DNA from: Trichoplax adhaerens
Lineage: Eukaryota; Animalia; Placozoa
Assembly: GCF_000150275.1 (NCBI RefSeq)
Contig: NW_002060943.1
Coordinates: 5,352,008-5,416,007 of the forward strand
Direction of reading: 5' to 3'
Length of the DNA: 64,000 nt
Shown: piece after piece, positions 27,818-40,030 of the stretch
Position numbering within the stretch: position 1 is the stretch's first letter
Layout of the letters: each line of letters begins with the position of its first letter
Program-made: the position numbers and the translations under genes
The notes under the pieces: generated by a model
Databases searched by the model: none
What the model saw: only the letters and a program-made list of their open reading frames with translations
Told to the model about the DNA's origin: nothing

Positions 27818-27962
27818 TGTACTCTAAATCTTACCAGCACCGGTAAGATTTAGTATGTTGTCAGGTCTACAGTATGTGGAGGTGAGCTTACCGTATGGAC
27901 CTGTACTTAATGTACTCTACTGTACTCTAAATCTTACCAGCACCGGTAAGATTTAGTATGTT
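27818..27962. repeat. Duplicated 42-bp element containing a perfect 12-bp inverted repeat
   Basis: tgtactCTAAATCTTACC-agcacc-GGTAAGATTTAGtatgtt at 27818-27859 and 27921-27962. Confidence 0.92.
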
Positions 27963-28060
27963 ATAGCGGTGAGCCTACTGTAGTATGTATAGACCAAAGC
28001 AGTCGTTGTCCCTACTGTAGTATCGTTGTCGTTGCAACCAGCCACAGTGACAGCAGTACC

Positions 28061-29083
28061 TATTACTGGAGACGAGTGACATGCACAGCACGTCACCTGC
28101 TATTGGGGTGACTGTACTGTACAATACACGACTTCACCACAGTGGCTCGACCCACCATTGATTGACCGGCTGATGGAAGTCACAGCAAACCTCAAACTAG
28201 GACTGTAGCATACTGTAGAGGGTAGAGTAGAGAAGAGAGTAGGAAGAATATCCCAGTACGTATTACTGAAGACGAGTGACATGCATGGCACATCACCTGC
28301 TGTTGGGGTGACTGTACTGTACAATACACGACTTCACCACAGTGGCTCGACCCACCATTGATTGACTGGCTGATGGAAGTCACAGCAAACCTCAAACTAG
28401 GACTGTAGCATACTGTAGAGGGTAGAGTAGAGTAGGAAGAATATCTCAGTACGTATTACTGAAGACGAGTGACATGCATGGCACGTCACCTGCTGTTGGG
28501 GTGACTGTACAGTACTGTACTGTACAATACACGACTTCACCACAGTGGCTCGACCCGCCATCGATTGACCGGCTGATGGAAGTCACAGCAAACCTCAAAC
28601 TAGGACTGTAGCATACTGTAGAGGGTAGAGTAGAGAAGAGAGTCGCAAGAATATTTCAGTACGTATTTCTGAAGACGAGTGACATGCACGGTACGTCACC
28701 TACTGTTGGGGTGACTGTACTGTACAGTGTACAATACACGACTTCACCACAGTGGCTCGACCCACCATTGATTGACTGGCTGATGGAAGTCACAGCAAAC
28801 CTTAATTAAACTAGGACTGTAGCATACTGTAGAGGGTAGAGTAGAGAAGAGAGTCGCAAGAATATTTCAGTACGTATTACTGAAGACGAGTGACATGCAC
28901 GGTACGTCACCTACTGTTGGTGACTGTACAGTACTGTACTGTACAATACACGACTTCACCACAGTGGCTCGACCCACCATTGATTGACTGGCTGATGGAA
29001 GTCACAGCAAACCTTAATTAAACTAGGACTGTAGCATACTGTAGAGGGTAGAGTAGAGAAGGGAGTTGCAAGAATATCTCAGT
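28061..29083. repeat. Tandem array of five ~200-bp units
   Basis: The anchor gacgagtgacatgca recurs at 28071, 28271, 28464, 28674 and 28885 (periods 200, 193, 210, 211). Units are nearly identical and differ mainly by ACTGT/GTAGA-type indels. Confidence 0.95.
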
Positions 29084-29356
29084 CGGCGCCTGGCTCTCAC
29101 TCCACCAACAGCGCGAAAGACAGACACACAGTGAGAAAGGACTTGAAAAGTGGAAGCCTTGCGGCAACTCCTGCCAGTCAACGACGAACATATCGACTGC
29201 AAATTGTGGACAAACAAGCGTTACTGAATATCAATCCAGTGAAATTTTCCGCCTTGACTCTATCTTGAATCCGCCATCTTCTTTTTCTTCAGTCAACTTG
29301 ACCATTAGGCAATTCTCTATGTGATAAAATCGCCTAGTTGACATTGTTGTTGTACT

Positions 29357-32300
29357 ATGTCCAACGAACAAAATGAAGAAGTGGTTGAGGTGAGCAAAAT
29401 GACAGTCAGTTACTTTGACCGAAATGCATTCTCATACTGTAGGCTATCCTAGTCGTAAAGTAGACCAATGTATGCTATACTATACAATACTTTTGATGTG
29501 AGGATGGGTGGAGTGCAACCCCCCTCCAAAAATGCATGATGGCGTAGTCGTTAGTAACTTTGCACTGGATGGGCTAAAACCTCTGCAATGAGGATAGCAA
29601 AAAGCAAATGCAATTCATTTTCTTCTTTTACTTGAGATGATACATGACCAATGATGGATTGCTTACTGTAGTCACTGTGTATAGAAAGTAGGCAAAGGAC
29701 GATAGAACGGATTCCTCTCTACTCTACTCTACACTAGTTTCTAGTGACAATGCATTTGACATAAATAAAATGGAGCCGACGGTCATCTCCACTGCATGGC
29801 TTAAACTCTCTCCAATCCAATTGCTATGAATCAGCTTTTCCTCCTTTGGCTCAACCATACCAAGCAATCGATTATTGTATTGGCTGTCAATAGAGATCGA
29901 TTACAAATACATCAAGTTAACCTTTGACTCTAAATTATACCCTAGTTTTTACAATTAGCATGGATCAGAGTAAAAGCATGACTGGATAATGTAGTCATTT
30001 CGACCTTGTAAGCTAATTTTTTTTCCTGCCAAATTGCCATGGCTAGGTCATGAGGCAGTTTTCCTCTTCAACCAAAGTTATACCAATCAATCAATGATTG
30101 TACTTGCTGTCTATAACGATAGATTGCAAATATAAGTTGATATACCATTTGCTGATGTAGAAGTGATCATTATTGGTTATCGTCATCATCATCATAAGAC
30201 GCGTAGAATAGTACGAAGGAGGAAAAGCATTATTTCATCTTGCAATATTTTTTTCTCTTCTCTCTCTCTCTTGGGCGTTCATGCTTTAGTGCCCATTGTG
30301 CATGGAACCATTGGAGGATGATCTAAACTTTTTTCCATGTCAATGTGGCTATCAGGTAACTACAAGTCAATTTTCATACTGATATCATTCATTTCAACTT
30401 GATAATATCACCTTCATTTATCCATAGATTTGCGGTTTTTGTTGGCACCGTATACGTACCCATGAAAATGGATTATGTCCCGCTTGCCGACGTGTAAGTA
30501 AACTAGAAATGAAATCGGTTACCTATCCTAGCCGTAACTATGTATTGCCTGTTTCAAACTGCCATACATGAATACAGAAATGTGCAAAATTTCTCACTAA
30601 CGATACCATACTTGGACAGTCTATTAGCATTCTATCCCTGACATAGATTTCGCTTACAGTACGTCAACACACCACCACATTCAACGTAAACAATTAGTGT
30701 TATTTTGCAATTGCTTTCCTAGATCGATTTCTATCTTGACAAATTCATGTCCAATCTGTATCAACTCATGTCTTTCTACTTACTGTTGACTAACCAAATA
30801 CAAATCAAACCTATACTATGCAGTCTACGTACATGTAAACATAGATAGCTTGGACTATGACTTTCATATTTTCCTGCTACATTAGCACTCCATGACTATC
30901 GATCAGATATCACTTTTTGGGGAACTCTTCAATTTGGGTAATCTATCATCATTCCATGACCAAAAAGATCATTTACATCATCATGTAAAACTTTCGATAA
31001 AGTACCGACATCCAGCGTGCGTGGAATTCAATCTTGCTATTGTTACTAAATATGGGTTAATTAATCCTGAGAGGTTATAAGATTGATAGACGTCATATCG
31101 TGTGAGTAATCTACTCATGTTCTGAACTATATCCCAGAGTGATTCTGTACTCTTCTGATATTCATGAGTATAATCAGCCTTATTCTCCTTTGCTTTCATT
31201 TCTGATCTACAGCTCTACAGGACGGCGGTATATATCTACTATATTTCATCACATCATGTATACGTATCGTCTTTTTCAACCCTATTCGCAATTGTTTTGA
31301 CTTGACGTTGTGAGATTATTGCCCTGCCCGGTTTAGGAAGTGGGATGAGTGACGGAATGACTAGTTACGGTGTTAATGTAGTACTTTAGCAATCGATGGT
31401 GGAGTTAACAGTGGAAAGGAAAACACCTTGACATTTTTTCTTCCTGGATGAAAAATGAGATTTAACGATCAAAAGTTATCGTCTCGAGTGTGTACTGCAC
31501 TCAACCGATATGACTTTACGTAAGCGCATTAGTCCATGGAGCCTTGTCAACTGTTATCATAAAATTGTTCTGGTGTTATTTGTGGTGTATGTACATCGAT
31601 GTAACATCCGTATTATTGAAGGCAACATTTACATTGTACACTATACAGTACTACATTGTATAGTAGTATATTCTTTTATTTTGAACATCATGTACAGTAC
31701 AACGTTAGAGTTTAGTTGATACACTGCGATCGTTCTTGCTGGCTTACATTATTTATTAAAAGAAGTTTCTAACTACTGCCAATCTAGTACTTGTACATAG
31801 CTGTGATGATATTTGCTCAATCATACTCGCAAACTTGCATCAAGACTAGTACAGTACTTCTACATGGATAGGTATTGGTACTTATTCTATCAAGTTTGAA
31901 AAGATTTTTTTTTACTTCTGCCAAAACTAGTATTATGCATTTGTCAATCATGCAGTATTGAAGAACAACTTTCAAAGACTAGTACTTTTACATGATGTGA
32001 TGCTGGTATTGTTTCAATCATAGATACGAATTATAATTTGACTTGGGCAAGACTGCAGGAATCAACATAATACTTTTACTGTACTATCGACGTAAGCGAA
32101 GAGAAGTAACCACGCTCTAAATTTGCGCACTTCTAGACATTGGCATCCATTTAGTTGGCACTCAGTTTTATTTCCATATTTGCAAGAATGACTTTAATGT
32201 AGTATGTAGCTAGAATAAATTGAAATCAAATTTTGACTTTAATGATTATGATGAACCTAGTTTGATAATCATCAGACAATAACGGTTGTTAATCGTAGTT

Positions 32301-35300
32301 GTACAATTAGGGTTACAAATCAAATTCACTATTGTGAGAACTGTATTGTTACAATCGCAAGTATTAGCCTAATTTGTAGACATTGACCATGTCTTTTGCC
32401 AATCATAATTGTATAGTTGGACTTACACAATTCAATCTAGACTGCAAGAACGAATATGAATCAAATGTTGACGTTAATGACAAGGACTTGCCCAATTTTG
32501 TATTATCAATTTTATAATCAACTTTATTTACACTATAGATAGAGAATAATTATAATCGATTCATGATCCAATATCGATCTGTCATCTGTCTATCATTTTT
32601 TACCTTTATGTCATTAATTATAATTATTGATCCGGACATTTACTGACTCTGTCAAATGCACTAACGTTTAAATGGAAGAATCTAACTTCACAGTAATGCC
32701 ATTCTATTGATAAAAGTCTACTCATAAATATATAATTAGAAAGACATTTCCGTTGTACGTCATCTGTATTTCAATATTACATTAAAATTCAAATATGTTG
32801 GCATGAAATCATCAATGCAGTTGCCTATCCGGCTTTAGCGAAAACACAATATCAGCACTGAAAGTGCGTATAGTAGATGGAGTATTAATCACCTGATTTT
32901 AATATGGACTGTGCTGTGTTATCATCCTTGATAAAACTGTAGGAACATTAGTTATAACTTTAATTTTAGCAACGGGCATAACCTGTAAGGATTGCTCAAA
33001 TATTCGATTACCTCTTTATGCGCGTATATCTTCGCCTCTCTCACTACATCAATGGACTGCATTTGTTTTTTATGCAAGCCCGAATTGAGATCCCATATGA
33101 ATATGCTATTCATGTGCCTAAACATATTTTTGCATAACTTATCAGGGGTAGTCTTATTCAATTGAAGTAGTATACTCTGAATTCAATTTATAAATTTAAT
33201 TCTTTCATCATAGATACTAGACTATACTGACAGGAAATATCGATAACTTGCTCAATTAAAGATTGTGAAATTGTAGATGTAATAAATGTTGTGACGTATT
33301 GTCAAAAGTTATTCTTGAAATTCCGGTTGTGTTAATCATCCAACTTTGAATTTTTATTGCAATGTACCTCAATGATTGTAGGCCTGCAGTAAATTTTATT
33401 TAATTCAAGGTGTCATTTCAATAAATGAATAGAGCAATAAAATATTTTGTGCTAAAGTATCATATAGAGAGCTATTTCCATTATAACGTAAATCTTTTAC
33501 TTCCCTGATATTGACAGTAACTTATACGCATATTCTCTCAATTGCTGTAACTCCATTATACAGGATTATGGGTTTGGGTTCCAAAAAGGTTCTGAATTAA
33601 TTATTATCAGTACGGTAATCGCTTTTACGGTGTTTCAAATTTGTACTGCAATTCTCGACTAATTTCATAATTAAATAGATAATAAAACTAGTGATGTTGC
33701 CAATTGTGAACAATTAATAAAGTAACGTATAGCCCACTAAATAAGTCCAGTGTCATATATTAAATATTTAATTCTGACTACATCATATTTACTTGTATGA
33801 CATACTGATAATGTACAATACATTGTTTGCGCCTTTTTACATTGCTATACGCATACTCTTTGGAGATTTGCATCTTTTCTTAGTTATTGTACGATAACAG
33901 GCTTCTCTTGATAATATTTTTGCGATATTTGTCATGGCCTTTACTTCTTTTCTTACAGTAGACTTTATTATAATAATAGCAATGTATGTGAAACCTGAGA
34001 CGATTGAAAAAAATTAATAAATTAGATACATTAATGCGTTATCGTAATTGATTTAATGCTGTTTACTATGCGTCATTACAAGCAGTAAATTAATGCTTGT
34101 AACTTTTCGCTTAAAACTTTATTAGACTTATTCTGAAGATGTGGTCAAGTTTAAGCCGCTGTCTGAAGAACAGTTAAGTGATAAAGGTTTAACATTGTGA
34201 TGTTATTATATGCTGATAATTAATTAATGTGTGTATAGCGATAGAAATATACAGTTGATGTTTAACACTTGCATTCCTACATAAATGTAAATGTGTTGAT
34301 GTGTTACGAGTGGTTTATGATTGCGTTGATTGTTATCTCATGCATTATTGGCTCATTTAATCGGCTATATCTTAGGATTAAATCTATGAAGAAAGATAAA
34401 AAGAAAAAAGATCATCAAAAAAAGCAGAAACAAGATGAATCCAGAAAGCATCTAGAAAAAATGAGGTACTACTATAACGGCAAATGATACACTCTATGAT
34501 ATTTGATTAGCAGAAATCAAATTTGAACTTATACTTATTAGTTGTAATACTAGTTTATTATTTTGCCGATAATTCCCTACATTGTTTACGTATTGATTAC
34601 TGCTTGGCATTGACTGCAATACTGTACGGAATATTCGCTATTATGTACTAATATGTAATCTTATTATATTGATTAGAGTAATACAAAAAAATTTAGTGTT
34701 TGTTGTTGGTCTATCACCACGTATTGCGACCGAGGAGGTAAAATTGAAAGTATATTATAAAGTGATTTTGACAGCTTGTGAATTTAATGGATATTTTTGG
34801 ATAATTATTAATTAATTTATTATCAATTTAATATTATATAAAGGTCTTAAAAAGTAAAGAGTATTTTGGTAAATTTGGTAAAATAACACGTGTTGCTATT
34901 AACAGTAACACGTCTTACGCACAAAGCCAGGTAACAGTAGAATAGGAATGTACAAATTTTTTTCTCTGTACTTTTATAAGGGTAATTTTGATCAAAAAGA
35001 TGTAAATAATTAGATGATATTATCCATTAATGTATTCATTTATGCTTATTTTAATCATATACCGACAGACGCCAAGCTTAAGTGCCTACATAACATATAC
35101 TAGAAATGAGGTAAGATTAAATATCTACGTATAAGAATTTAAACTGTTTTTATGTTGATCGGTTGTAGTAATGCCTCGAAATACTGCCAAATTTCTTACA
35201 GGATGCACTGGAAGCTATTAAAAATACTTCCGGTTTGATTATTCATGGTAGAACAATTAAGTATGTTATCATTCTTTTAATTTACCGTTAAAAAGAATAT

Positions 35301-38300
35301 CACTATACTGTATATGGGTCTATAATATAATGATAGTAAATTTTAAATACTTTACTAACAATGAATACAACAACTTTTCAGAACGTCTCATGGTACTACA
35401 AAATATTGCAATTACTTCTTAAAGAATATTCCTTGCACGAAATCGGTTTGTTCTAAAATTATGGCGTAGCTTTATTATTGAATATGAACTATGAACCAAT
35501 TCCTATTGATATCTTGTAGGATTGTCCTTTTTTGCACGAGCTTGGTGATGAGTCATGTGTTTTTACTAAAGATGATGTTCAACAAAGGTAATAAATAGAA
35601 TTACATATTCTCATGTATATGATAATAACAATTTATCTAAAGAAGCGTTATGACTGATAGGAAACATCTAGAACACTTAGGTATAAGCACGTATCATTCA
35701 AAGCATAGGTTGGTTTTAGAGTTAAATTAAAATTTAGTAAATGTTAGATGGGAAATACAATAATGGTAATATATATAGTTATCTTAATCTGATAGTACGT
35801 TAAGTATTTGTTGTTACGAAATTTGCAGTCAAGTTCGTGAGCGCAAGATTTCAGAAAATTCTGATTGGCCTGATAATAAGGTTTCAATCAATTACCATTT
35901 TTGACTTTTTGCGTCTTTCAGTATGTCTAAATTTTCATTTCCTATCCATAATTAGGAAAAGATAATTACGGGAAAAGCCGTGCAAGGTAATTTTTACTAT
36001 TAGTTATTAATCTATTAATTTATTATACTCGTGCATTAAACAAATAGACGCAATTGCATTTATAAGTGTGTAAATAGTTGGCATCATTTGCTTTATATTT
36101 ATTTCTAGATGACGTGAACACGGAGAATTCACAACCTGAAAATCAGTCTCTAGCGTAAATGACCTTATTTAGTGGTGATAAGGGTGATTCTATACCACGT
36201 TTAGATCTAAAGATTTGATTTCTGTTAGGGTTATTTCGGAACAAATTAGCACGAAGGTTGTCACTGAAGTATCAGAAAATTATGAAGAGGAATTAGAAAT
36301 GAAAAGTGATGTACAAGTAGAAAAACCAACGAAGGGAACAATTTCCCAGAATAGTTATGATAAAGCTGTGGGCAGTGGAGCCCCAAATAAACTTTACAAT
36401 CCTCCTTATATGAATATTCGTGCAACTGACGCAGTTCCATCCCAGTAAGTCATTCTCCTTTATATATAGCACATTTATAAATACGGGTATTTTCTTTATA
36501 ATATTGTGTTAGTCGTGTTATTTGTGTCGATATCACAGTTCTACTTCATAAAGTTAGTAAAGTTACGTAAACAGAATTGACCAGGGTCTTATTCTATGTT
36601 AATCGTCACTTTTTGCCAAATTTATAGTGTAAACTTGTATGCTAATAATACAGATGAGGATTTAGGTATGTAATCAAACTTTTACATGCTATCTAAATAG
36701 ATTTCTTTATTATACAGTATGAATTTTGAAACATTAATAATGAAATACGTAATGATTTTTGGTTAGATTTTGACCCTTGGAATGAATCTAATAAAGGCTT
36801 TGCAGACTTACTCTTACTTGGAAGTAATAATAATGTGAATAACAAACTGCCAGTTACAGTTGAGCACGAAAGAAATGGTAACCTCTATGAAAATGGAACG
36901 ACATCTATGCTTGGTTAGTATCATGCTTTATCGTTGTATATTGTAAGATTAGAGTGTACATGTCTGACTTCTACGAGATAATCCCGTTAAATTGTGTCTA
37001 TGTTAGGTAATACGTATAGTAATATCGTGGATTCATTAGATAATACGAATACAGAAATGGCTTCCGGAAATCCGTACAATAATACAGGATATGCTAATAG
37101 GAAGCAGAATATCTTCCCGCAATCAAACCAGAGTTACTTTCAAAATGCGCAGAATTATGCCCATTTTGGGAATTATTATAATCCTGGTGATGGTTTTAAT
37201 ATGTCAAAATATATAGATAGTAGCAGCAACAATATTGATGCTGGATCTTCGTATTCAAACGTTGGAATTGATACCGAAAGCTTTGGTATAAAAAGCGGTT
37301 TTGAAGGAAACAGTTCATCTGCGAATAACTTTGGAGGGGCAAAGGTTCCTAATACGGCCATCAAGGCAGAGCATAATGATAAGAACACGTCCACACCCTG
37401 TGTTAGCAATAATGGAATGCTACAGGTACGTACGAAGATTAAATTTCTATTTGATTTAATCATTGACACCTATGGTATCGGTATTTCTCGGAATTCAAAT
37501 TTTAGAATGTTCGAGAATGGCAAGCTGGTTTTCGTTCTCTACTGCCTAATGTCAATATTACATTTGGGTTTGGTAAGTTGTTACAGTAACTATGGCTAAT
37601 CAGTTTTGTGGTTGTCGGTGTGATGTGTACTGTGCTATTTCGGATTCGCCAAAATTCGGTTGTTAACTTTCCCCCCGTGAATAGATGAAAGTTTGTCATT
37701 TTAGACTTTCTAGTGATGACTAATTAAGTAACTACAATTTTAAGGTAATACTCTGCAAGGTACCGAAATATCTGGCAAAGATCTATCTCATAAAGAGAAC
37801 GACGACCAGTCAAAACCGCATCATATAATGGAAAGCGACGTGAAACATGGAATTGAATCAAAGAGTAAGTTCAGTTATATATTTTATGAGGAAGCTTCTA
37901 TTGATAAATACGTATGGAATAGGTTACTACGGTCTTAATTTAGTTATTACATGGATAGATAGCATATTTGGAATATTTTAGGTAAAATTCTATTAAACAT
38001 TGGTATTAACGACTGTTTTATGTGTCGTGATGAAATAGGTAATACTGAAAATCCGTCATTTATTAAAACTGAGGTAGATTGATTGCATATCGATAACTTA
38101 TTAATAAACCTTGAGTTAGCTTCATATATCTTTATACTGTAATAGATTTATAAAGTGTTCTTAAACCTTCATGATTGATGGGTCGTAATTTCATTAGGAA
38201 ACCGTCGTTCCTGTTAATAAAATGAAGGAGATGAATATTAAGCATGAAGTAGAGGATATTACAGGGAACAAGTATCGCATACATGCGAATAAGAATGATA

Positions 38301-39073
38301 ATGTAACAAGGACGAATTATTTACCTTCTGTCAATAGTCAGTTGGGAGATAGAAAGCTAGCTCAAAGCTATAAACATAAGCATAAGAATAACGTAAAAAG
38401 TGGCATACGCTCGAATGTATATCCAAATTCACCTGGTCGTGATAGAGCAAGTAATACGTTGCCAGCGAGAAAAGCTGAAAATCGAAACCAATCCTATTCT
38501 ACTAATACAAATTCTACTAAAGCGCCCAAATTGTTACAAACGGAAGCTGACACAAGTGATGATAAATCGTCAAAAGTGCGGATTGTTAAAAAAGATTGGA
38601 AAACAAATGTAGATGTAGCAGGAACTGCTATAAAACCTAAAACAAACGTAATTAACAATAATGTGCCTTCAAAGGCCCATGAAACTAAAGGAAAAGATGA
38701 CAATGATATTGATGAAACCGACAATAAAGTTATAAAGTCGCTTTCGAAGAATAAGAAGAAAAGACAAAGAAAACTTCAATCGAAAAAACCAACCGATGAT
38801 AATGACCTTGCTAAAAGTGAAATTGCTACTTACGTTAAATCAACCACCGAGTCGTTAAATTTAGGGTTTTTACCTGCCAAATTTAGTGAATCTATAGCTG
38901 TCGATTATGATAAAGACACCGATCCAGACACGATAGTTAATCATTTAGAGGTGGAAATTGAGAATACAAAAAAAGAGGTGCAGGATTGTGAAGCTAAATT
39001 GCATGCAGTTATCAGGAAAAATTGTTCCATATCGAATACTAATTATGAAAAATCAATACACAATCAGGAATAG
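29357..39073 (+). CDS. CNOT4: CCR4-NOT subunit 4, E3 ubiquitin ligase (RING + RRM + CCCH zinc finger + low-complexity tail)
   Basis: Exon 29357-29389 gives MSNEQNEEVVE. The C4C4 RING is in 30290-30355 (CPLCMEPLEDDLNFFPCQCGYQ) and 30428-30493 (ICGFCWHRIRTHENGLCPACRR). 34126-34172 and 34376-34465 follow. The RRM includes 34677-34737 (VIQKNLVFVVGL) and 34844-34930 (EYFGKFGKI). The zinc finger is in 35382-35445 (GTTKYCNYFLKNIPC) and 35520-35588 (DCPFLHE). The last exon is 38198-39073; intermediate tail exons are approximate. Confidence 0.92.
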
Positions 39074-40030
39074 CAATAAATTTAGGCAACAATAAATTTG
39101 TAAATTTGAAAGACTTCATTGTGACAAATTCTTGCATACCGAATCGCTTGATTTACAACGTTACGCTGTTGCCAATTTAAGTCAAAGGAAATTTTAATCA
39201 CTGCTACTCAAAGATTATACTAGACTACTACAGTTGCGGTTAATATAGTACCCTTAATTATAATTATCAGAGTTTTATGTGTAAATCAATGATTTGACGA
39301 TGATCATGAGTCATAACCTAGCGCATGAATACAGTTGTATAATAGTTACAGTATGTTTTAGTTTGGTCACAAGTTACCCGATAAATTTTACATCAGTTCA
39401 TAGGATAAAATTGAGATGCCTGTATTTATATTGTATACGTGTACGTCATGGTATAGATCGATTCCATTCGCACACTCGTCGCAAATTAAAACATGGGATC
39501 TTTTGTCACAGCACAGCGTTATTAGCATCCATCATAAAATGTGATAAACAAATCGCTTTCTGTGAATAGGTGTAGCATCTGAATTGTAAGCATGGAAAGG
39601 TTGTGAATAAGGTTTTGACAATAACGACATAATTTTAAAAGCTTTTAATTTATGAAATCACTTTAAAGATTTATCAATGGAGCCAATCCAGTAACTATAG
39701 TAATCACCAATGTTGAACAATTTATTTTCGAGCGATATCGTTTTAATTATAGTATATGTCTATAAATATAATACTGCGGCGCATACGTAAAAATGCCGGG
39801 TTTAGTTAAAATCCTTAAAGAAATCAAAATAGGTTTTTAATATTTCATGATTTTAACTCATTCCAAGATGTGAAGTAATGGTGTTTTATTACTTAACACA
39901 ACACGGTAATTTAAAAAATTCATTATATTAATTACATTAGTACAGTACATGTCTACAAGGGCCTACATTAGCGGTAGACTAAACAAGACTCGTATAGCTA
40001 TTTACAAATTGATCCCAATTATGTGCAGTA

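Noticed and set aside
28061-29083. CRISPR-like array or coding repeat (ORFs 28100..28324 and 28192..28395)
   Set aside because: Units are contiguous without unique spacers, the context is eukaryotic, and indels between copies break the reading frames.
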